Shown in pieces: positions 55,306 to 61,392 of a DNA stretch of 61,392 nt. A program made the translations under genes and the position numbers. Source of the DNA: Poseidonia sp. (GTDB taxonomy: Archaea; Thermoplasmatota; Poseidoniia; Poseidoniales; Poseidoniaceae); assembly GCA_030741355.1 (NCBI GenBank), contig JASLVM010000003.1, forward strand, positions 1 to 61,392, read 5' to 3'. Under the pieces are notes generated by a model. It did not search any database and was not told the origin of the DNA. It worked only from the letters and a program-made list of their open reading frames with translations. Each line of letters begins with the position of its first letter. Position 1 is the first letter of the stretch.

Positions 55306-57345
55306 ATGATCAGCGCCTTGGCGCTTGGCGTCATCCTGCTCCCGGTGTTCAAGCCGCCGTGGGCGAAGTTGTCACTGCCCCCCTTTGTTGACTTCTTCCG
55401 AAGGTATTGGATGCACGTCCTCATCGTTTTTGCCATCTACAATGCCAAGGACACCCTCGACCAAATCGACCGGCTTTTGATGGCGAGCACCGGCCTTGAC
55501 ATGACGCCTTACATTTGGGCCATTGAGGGCAATTTGGTGCTCTGGGTTCAACAGACCTTTGAGGCGGACTGGTTAACCACAGCGTTAACTCACTTCTACG
55601 TGGCCGGTTTCATGTTCATCTGCTATGTTTCCGTGTTCTATTTCGCTTATTTTGACGACCGATGGCTTGCCGACCGAGTCACGCTTTCCATCGCATGGGT
55701 TTACATTCTCGCCGTACCGTTTTACCTCTTCTTCAACGTTCGAGTGACCGGCGACACGATACCTGAAATGCAAACCCTCGCTTACACACTCACACCAGAA
55801 ATAGCGGATTGGTTCCGCCGGATTGACCCGTTTACCAACGGCATGCCTTCGCTTCACATCGGAATTCCGTTTGCCGTATGGCTTTGCCTTACTCGGTTTG
55901 ATGACGACCGCCGTTGGAATCGCTATCGCTACACGGTCTTTGCCTACACGCTCCTCACGGCCTTTACCATCATCTACCTCGGAATTCATTGGTTTGTCGA
56001 CATCATCGGCGGCATGCTCATCGCAGGCGCCGCCGTGTCAATGGCGGACCGAACCTCCAACTCCTGGTGGAAATTTTTTGACGAGCGAACCATGAACACT
56101 CGAATCGTCACCGTGCTGACCAGTCCCAAGCAGGCATGGTCCTGGATTCGCTCCCGAGGGGGTCGTTTACTCCATCAATACAAATCACCTTCCAGCCGTG
56201 AAACTGGGCACATTGCTGTGGTCATTTTGGTCATTGTTGCTGCCGTCATCACGTGGGATTTGACGCACCGTTCGCTTCCCGCTGGAGGGGTTGAGGCTCC
56301 CGAAGCGGCTGCAGCTGCCGACGGATGGCTGGTGACCTTGGACAACCAAACCGACGGGCCCTCTCTCCTGCTGCATGACCTTTCGTTTGCATCGTTTGAC
56401 CCTGTATCGGTTGAGGTTCCCGACCTGACATTGGATTCCACCTATGCGCTCAAGGAAGACCGCCTCGTTGCCACGAACGCCACTTCGTTGCTTGTCTTTG
56501 ATGTCGCGCAACCTGAAACACCGTTGTCGAGCATGCCGTTTGGCGAGCATGACGATCTGCTTTTGTGTGAGCAAGCCGGCTCGACCGTCATCACCTACAC
56601 CACGGACGGGGTGCTTGATGTCATGAACTTCGAAGGGCAAACTTTGCTTGGAGACCAGCGGCCCAATAACATCCGAAGCATGATGTGTACTGGCTCGGAA
56701 ATCGCCTATGTCACGCAGGACAAACCGATGGAAGTGAACATCATCCAATTGGGTGTTCGAGGCCAAGTCGCTTATCTCATCAACGCCACTGCTCCGGTTG
56801 AGGAAGACGAACTGCTCGCCTCCTGGGGTATTCCTGTGGACATGGAAAACGCCAGCATCCAGAACATGGCGTTCAACCGCGAGTATCTTGCCGTGACCGT
56901 GAACGTTTCCGCCACCGACCGGTTGGTGCTCTACAACCGCACCACGGCTGAGCAATGGCTGGCCAGCAATCCAAAATACCATGTTTCGGATTTATCCCTC
57001 GATTACGGCATCCTTGCTTGGTCGGTACGAGACCATTACAATCCACTTTCACCTCAACAGAAATACCTTGACCGTGAAATTTACTTTACCGAATTGGACA
57101 CCAACACCTCCCATGTCTTGACATCGGATGCCAACGACCAGTGGGGCCCACAAGTCTTGGAACAACACCTCGTCTATTTCCAAACGGACGGTGAAGTGGT
57201 TTCCGTTGAGGTCCATTCATGGGAGCCCGAGTTGAGGTTGTACTCCAGCCTCGTCCTTCAAGCCGGTGTTTTGGCCGCCTTTGTTGTGGTGGCTTGGAAC
57301 ATGTGGCAGCGACAGAGCGAACGGCGGCAGGAACGTCAGCCGTGA
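55306..57345 (+). CDS. PAP2_3 (Aur1/Ipt1-like) membrane domain fused to extracytoplasmic beta-propeller-like domain
   Basis: MPSLHIGIPFAVW and GIHWFVDIIGGMLIAG motifs in a polytopic N-terminal half. The C-terminal ~370 aa have TolB-like strand periodicity and a terminal TM. The track start at 55282 is GTG; an ATG lies at 55306. Confidence 0.7.
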   Translation: MISALALGVILLPVFKPPWAKLSLPPFVDFFRRYWMHVLIVFAIYNAKDTLDQIDRLLMASTGLDMTPYIWAIEGNLVLWVQQTFEADWLTTALTHFYVAGFMFICYVSVFYFAYFDDRWLADRVTLSIAWVYILAVPFYLFFNVRVTGDTIPEMQTLAYTLTPEIADWFRRIDPFTNGMPSLHIGIPFAVWLCLTRFDDDRRWNRYRYTVFAYTLLTAFTIIYLGIHWFVDIIGGMLIAGAAVSMADRTSNSWWKFFDERTMNTRIVTVLTSPKQAWSWIRSRGGRLLHQYKSPSSRETGHIAVVILVIVAAVITWDLTHRSLPAGGVEAPEAAAAADGWLVTLDNQTDGPSLLLHDLSFASFDPVSVEVPDLTLDSTYALKEDRLVATNATSLLVFDVAQPETPLSSMPFGEHDDLLLCEQAGSTVITYTTDGVLDVMNFEGQTLLGDQRPNNIRSMMCTGSEIAYVTQDKPMEVNIIQLGVRGQVAYLINATAPVEEDELLASWGIPVDMENASIQNMAFNREYLAVTVNVSATDRLVLYNRTTAEQWLASNPKYHVSDLSLDYGILAWSVRDHYNPLSPQQKYLDREIYFTELDTNTSHVLTSDANDQWGPQVLEQHLVYFQTDGEVVSVEVHSWEPELRLYSSLVLQAGVLAAFVVVAWNMWQRQSERRQERQP

Positions 57346-58016
57346 TAGCGTACTCGTGTGCGAATGTCCTCAAGGCGCGTGTGAACTTCCTTGGCAGAGG
57401 GAACGGAGCCTCCCTGTAACGCCGGCGCCGGACCAAGTTCTTCTTCGGCTGCGAGATAGCCTTCGATGACCCAATCAATGGCGCCTTCCCATTGTGGGTG
57501 GGAGGCCCCAAGAATTTCGTCCAGAACGTGCAGATCGATACCAAAGCGCTCAACGTCGTATTCAATGGACGCTAAACCAAAATCGATGAGGTGAACCTTT
57601 TCGCCGTCGATCAAAACATTGTTGCTGGATAAATCACCGTGCGTCGTGGCTTCCCGGTGAAGTTGGCGAACAGCGTGGCCAACTCGCTCAAGAATGGCTT
57701 TTACTTCCCGGGCGCTGATGGCTTCATCGTTGAGAACGTCGATGAGGGGTTGACCCTGAAGGTGTTCAATGATGAGTTGACCCCCCTCGTAATCCAAGTC
57801 CCAGACGGAAGGCACCGATAGACCGGCTTTGCGAATGCGTATCAACAAACGAGCTTCGCTGATCATTCGGCGGACGCCGAGTCGATGGTCGAGGTTTGGG
57901 TGTCGCCATGAGCGCGGCCGTCGCTGCTTCCGCACGGCGGTTTTTCCAAACCACTCGCCTTTCCAAACCTCGGCTTCTGCCCCCAGGTGAAGGCGCTCGG
58001 TTGGCGTGAAGGCCAT
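57336..58016 (-). CDS. bud32: Bud32/PRPK-type atypical kinase (KEOPS subunit)
   Basis: GAEAEVWKG...AVRKQR, HGDLSSNNVLI and IDFGLA. ORF trimmed to MAFTPTERL (ATG 58016). Confidence 0.85.
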   Translation of the reverse strand: MAFTPTERLHLGAEAEVWKGEWFGKTAVRKQRRPRSWRHPNLDHRLGVRRMISEARLLIRIRKAGLSVPSVWDLDYEGGQLIIEHLQGQPLIDVLNDEAISAREVKAILERVGHAVRQLHREATTHGDLSSNNVLIDGEKVHLIDFGLASIEYDVERFGIDLHVLDEILGASHPQWEGAIDWVIEGYLAAEEELGPAPALQGGSVPSAKEVHTRLEDIRTRVRYHG

Positions 58017-58137
58017 GGTTCGCTCACCGAGGCCCTCTTTTTGAACATTCATGCCCATCCGTTCCTTGAAAAAGGGTCGGTGCTTGGGATATATGAGTCC
58101 CATGACCGTGAGCCTCCCGATGTGTTCTGTCAACTTC

Positions 58138-59256
58138 ATGGACACGACGCTGTCCGTTGAAGAACAGGCTGTCGCCGACCGAATTCAAGAACTCAAGGAT
58201 ATGTTGGGGGAGGACTTGCTCATTCTTGGCCATCATTATCAACGCGACAGCATTGTCATGCACGCTGATTTCCTTGGGGATTCGTTCATGCTCAGCCAGA
58301 AGGCGGCTGAATCGAAAGCGAAGCACATCGTGTTCTGTGGCGTTCACTTCATGGCAGAATCAGCGGATATCCTCACTTCGGACGACCAAAACGTCATCCT
58401 TCCCAACCTACGGGCTGGTTGTTCCATGGCGGACATGGCAACGTTGAGTGAGGTTGAGGTGGCTTGGGATGAAATCCTCAAAGAATCCGGCTTGAAGGAC
58501 CCCATCACTCGCGACGACCCGGGTCAACCCGTTGGTAAAGAAGAGGCGTACCTCGTTCCCGTCACTTACATGAATTCCAGCGCTGACCTGAAGGATTTCG
58601 TTGGCCGGCACGGTGGTGTCGTCTGCACTTCCTCAAACGCAGAAGGGGTGTTGAATTGGGCCTTTGAACGAGCAGGCCCAAAGGGCGCTGTCCTCTTTTT
58701 CCCCGATCAACATCTTGGTCGAAACACGGGATTGGCCATGGGCATTTCAACCGAACACATGCCAACATGGACGCCAGGAATTGGGGCCATGGGTGAACTC
58801 AAAGGCGCTCGAATTGTTCTTTGGCATGGCTTTTGTTCCGTCCATAAGCGCTTCACGCCTCAACAGATTCATGAGTTTAGAGCACAATATCCCGATGGCA
58901 TTGTTGTGGTTCACCCGGAATGCCCTCGCGAAACGGTTGAACTTGCTGACGCCAACGGCTCAACGCAATACATTCGGAATTTTGTCAACGACCAACCAGC
59001 AGGTTCCAGCATCGCCATTGGTACCGAGATTAACATGGTGGCTCGCTTGGCTGCGGAGCATCCTGACAAGCACATTGAATGCCTCGATGAAGAGATTTGC
59101 CCGTGTTCGACCATGTACATGATCCATCCAGCTTACCTCATGGACGTCTTGGAGCGTCTGGTGGATGGAGAGGTGCCCAACCAAATCGTGGTGCCTCAGG
59201 ATGTCCAAGCCGGTTCACTGCTGGCTCTCAATCGCATGTTGGCCATTTTGAAATGA
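58138..59256 (+). CDS. nadA: quinolinate synthase
   Basis: ILGHHYQRD, FCGVHFMAESADIL, VVHPECP and CPCSTMY. ORF trimmed to MDTTLSVEEQ (ATG 58138). Confidence 0.93.
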   Translation: MDTTLSVEEQAVADRIQELKDMLGEDLLILGHHYQRDSIVMHADFLGDSFMLSQKAAESKAKHIVFCGVHFMAESADILTSDDQNVILPNLRAGCSMADMATLSEVEVAWDEILKESGLKDPITRDDPGQPVGKEEAYLVPVTYMNSSADLKDFVGRHGGVVCTSSNAEGVLNWAFERAGPKGAVLFFPDQHLGRNTGLAMGISTEHMPTWTPGIGAMGELKGARIVLWHGFCSVHKRFTPQQIHEFRAQYPDGIVVVHPECPRETVELADANGSTQYIRNFVNDQPAGSSIAIGTEINMVARLAAEHPDKHIECLDEEICPCSTMYMIHPAYLMDVLERLVDGEVPNQIVVPQDVQAGSLLALNRMLAILK

Positions 59257-59257
59257 G

Positions 59258-59629
59258 TTAGCCGAACCACGCTTGCCCGCTCTTCCAGCCAAACCACGCC
59301 AAGAGCGGGCCGACAACAGCCGAGGTCAACACGTAGATTCCAGCTGTTCGCCAATGTCCGTCTTCCATCAGCATCATCGTCTCCACCGAAAAGGTCGACA
59401 TGGTGGTGAAGGCTCCTAACACGCCAACGCCCAAGAGGAGTGCTTCGGCCTCACCAAGGACGTTGGCCAAGGAGGCGGCCATCACGATGCCAAGCAGAAA
59501 GGAGCCGACCAGGTTCACGCTGAGGGTGGCCCACGGGAAGGCCTCGGAAGGCAATGTTTCGCTGATGTAAAATCGCAAAACCGCACCAGCAGCCCCCCCC
59601 AACGCCACCAGAAGCCAATGGGAGAACAT
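59258..59629 (-). CDS. crcB: fluoride ion channel CrcB/Fluc
   Basis: LLVALGGAAGAVLRF, LSVNLVGSFLLG and GAFTTMSTFSVE. ORF trimmed to MFSHWLL (ATG 59629). Confidence 0.9.
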   Translation of the reverse strand: MFSHWLLVALGGAAGAVLRFYISETLPSEAFPWATLSVNLVGSFLLGIVMAASLANVLGEAEALLLGVGVLGAFTTMSTFSVETMMLMEDGHWRTAGIYVLTSAVVGPLLAWFGWKSGQAWFG

Positions 59630-59728
59630 GACCTTCACACCCGGTTGGCCGCTAAAGAATCTCCTTACAATTGGGTCCATTCTCTGTGGAATGGACATGG
59701 TCATAGGCTACCGGCACAACGGCTTTGC

Positions 59729-60397
59729 ATGAGCACAACCGTGTGGTTTCTCACCTCCAATCCCGGAAAGTTGGAGGAGGCCCAACATCACTTCCAAGAA
59801 CTCGGGATTGAGGTCAAGGGGTTGGACCTGCCGGAAGACACCATCCTTGAACCTCAAGCCGGTGATTTAGAAACCGTAGCGCGGTCCAAACTCGCTCAGG
59901 CTTTGGCCCACCTACCCTACGAAGGGGCCATGGTCATGGTTGAGGACGCCGGTTTATTCGTCGACGCCTTGGATGGATTTCCCGGCGTGTATTCTTCTTA
60001 CGCCTTTTCGACCATTGGAAATCACGGCATTCTACGATTGCTTTCCCATCTCGTGGACGACGACCCTGTTCGCATCAAGAACCTCCGGTCCGCTTCGTTT
60101 GAAGCGGTGGCGGCGCTGTGGGATGGAGAGAACGTTTTGATTGGAAAAGGGGTCTGCAAAGGAGCCATTGCGACGAAAGTCCAAGGTGAAGCAGGGTTTG
60201 GTTTTGATCCGATTTTCATTCCGTCCGACTTGGACGATTCGGGCGAGCCCGTCAGCCCGGGTGTCCTCGGTGCCGTCAGTACTCACGGGCAGACCTTTGG
60301 TGTGGTGGGCCCGTACACCAAACACCAGTTCAGTCATCGCCGTCGGGCGCTTGAGGATTTGTTGAGCCAACTTCCGCTTCACGAACCCGATGAATAA
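59729..60397 (+). CDS. rdgB: non-canonical purine NTP pyrophosphatase (RdgB/HAM1 family)
   Basis: VWFLTSNPGKLEEA, VEDAGLFVDALDGFPGVYS, GFGFDPIF and SHRRRAL. Confidence 0.9.
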   Translation: MSTTVWFLTSNPGKLEEAQHHFQELGIEVKGLDLPEDTILEPQAGDLETVARSKLAQALAHLPYEGAMVMVEDAGLFVDALDGFPGVYSSYAFSTIGNHGILRLLSHLVDDDPVRIKNLRSASFEAVAALWDGENVLIGKGVCKGAIATKVQGEAGFGFDPIFIPSDLDDSGEPVSPGVLGAVSTHGQTFGVVGPYTKHQFSHRRRALEDLLSQLPLHEPDE

Positions 60398-60450
60398 CCA
60401 AGGCTTCCATCACCGTCATAAAGAATCAAGGATTGGGTCGGGCGAGGGAC

Positions 60451-61389
60451 ATGGGATTCGCAAGGACCGCCGTTGGTGTGTTGTTCCTTTCCGTCTTGTT
60501 GTTCTATCTCGCCACGGTTGGGCAACTCACCGATGAGGCCAAATGGGGCTTCGTGGGCGCCATGGGCGTCCTTGCTTTCGCATACATCAATCTCGGAGGG
60601 AAGGCTCAACCTGCTTCCAGGCCTCGACCACGAAGTCCACGACCTCAGGCTGTTGAAGTCGAAGTTGAAGACGAATCGCCCGAAGTCGAAGAGGACGATG
60701 ATGACCTTCCTGAACCCGTCACGGCTGATTCGCTTGACGGTGCAACTCTACGTGAGCGAAAACTGGCGAAAATTGCTGCAGCACAGGCCGCCGCAGAGGC
60801 TGCCAAAGCAGAAAACCTCTCTGAGGATGTGGACAACGCTGAAATCATGGTTGAGGTCGAGGTGGAGGAGGTCCATGTCGCTGACGAATACGTCGTGGAT
60901 GTCAGTCCGGAATCCGTCGAAGACGCCGATATTGAGTTGACCGTACGTGATCGTCGTGAACGCCACGAAGCCATTCGAGAGCGCATAAAGCGTCGACGTA
61001 TGGGCCAGATGGCTGATATCCGAGCTTCGACCGCTCGCATGTGGGAAGAGCACGCTTCGGGAGAAGACATCGTCGCGCTTTTACAGACCCCCGGCCACGG
61101 CCACACGGTGCTGGTCGAGCCTGAACATCCTGAACCGGGGCACGTCTACGGCGCGACCTTTGTTCGTATTGACGATGCACGCATTTTGAAACTCCGCCTT
61201 CCACTTGATGTCGGTTTTGAATCCGTTGGCCCAACCCCTGCCGCTCAGCCTGAACTCCCAACGCTTATCGGTCCCGACGGCAAAGAATTGCCACCGCTGC
61301 TTGGTCCTGACGGTTCCCCACTTGCACTTCCACCCCTTCCCGCGGCGAGCAGCGCTCTTGATGCTCTTCGTAAAGAAATGAACGATTGA
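60451..61389 (+). CDS. hypothetical two-TM, highly acidic protein
   Basis: The track start at 60433 is TTG; an ATG lies at 60451 (MGFARTAV). Two N-terminal TMs, a P/R linker, E/D/V-rich tracts, and short LxGPDG repeats near the C-terminus. Confidence 0.6.
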   Translation: MGFARTAVGVLFLSVLLFYLATVGQLTDEAKWGFVGAMGVLAFAYINLGGKAQPASRPRPRSPRPQAVEVEVEDESPEVEEDDDDLPEPVTADSLDGATLRERKLAKIAAAQAAAEAAKAENLSEDVDNAEIMVEVEVEEVHVADEYVVDVSPESVEDADIELTVRDRRERHEAIRERIKRRRMGQMADIRASTARMWEEHASGEDIVALLQTPGHGHTVLVEPEHPEPGHVYGATFVRIDDARILKLRLPLDVGFESVGPTPAAQPELPTLIGPDGKELPPLLGPDGSPLALPPLPAASSALDALRKEMND

Positions 61390-61392
61390 GAC

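Noticed and set aside
59630-59728. Possible fluoride riboswitch upstream of crcB
   Set aside because: I read the 99-nt leader on the minus strand and found no match to the crcB-motif core (GGxGAUG...CCxxAAxCxGCC...CUGAUGAxxCC).

Overview
This is a dense, almost gap-free archaeal chromosomal segment with about 55 protein genes and one tRNA. All calls come from motif and architecture recognition by eye on the supplied ORF track and sequence; no database, HMM or folding run was possible.

Archaeal hallmarks are a thermosome, Cdc48/VCP, Alba, Bud32, deoxyhypusine synthase, a Gar1-like fragment and TATA-type promoters. DnaK and a full-length ThrRS are bacterial-type. The proteins are very acidic and several giant surface proteins are rich in N-x-S/T sequons. 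Together this suggests a planktonic Thermoplasmatota/Poseidoniales-like euryarchaeon, which is inference only.

Housekeeping blocks:
- sdhC-like/sdhA/sdhB, an aldehyde dehydrogenase, pyrB-pyrI, pyrG, thrS, tdh and HMG-CoA synthase.
- A chaperone block of sHSP-like, dnaK and thermosome genes.
- M17 and M14 peptidases.
- An agmatinase / pyruvoyl-decarboxylase / deoxyhypusine-synthase operon.
- tRNA-Gly(GCC), Alba, nadA, crcB and rdgB.

I saw no CRISPR array, rRNA, transposase or integrase.

Best candidates for something undescribed:
1. A three-gene operon at 17877..21659: a small Roadblock/LC7 protein, a 1058-aa protein with an internal Roadblock-like fold, a ~290-aa coiled coil and an acidic tail, and an 84-aa two-TM protein. 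No GTPase partner is nearby.
2. A cysteine-free Mrp/NBP35 ATPase whose CxxC Fe-S ligand motif is replaced by a ~36-aa Ig-strand-like insertion, coupled to a DUF971 gene.
3. A DUF4350-like / DUF58 / polytopic-membrane cluster without MoxR, sitting behind Cdc48 and a PRC-barrel gene.
4. Mutually exclusive RNA pairings that can sequester the thrS Shine-Dalgarno sequence.
5. A dnaK lacking grpE/dnaJ neighbours, wedged between an sHSP-like gene and the thermosome, with a palindrome over the thermosome TATA box.
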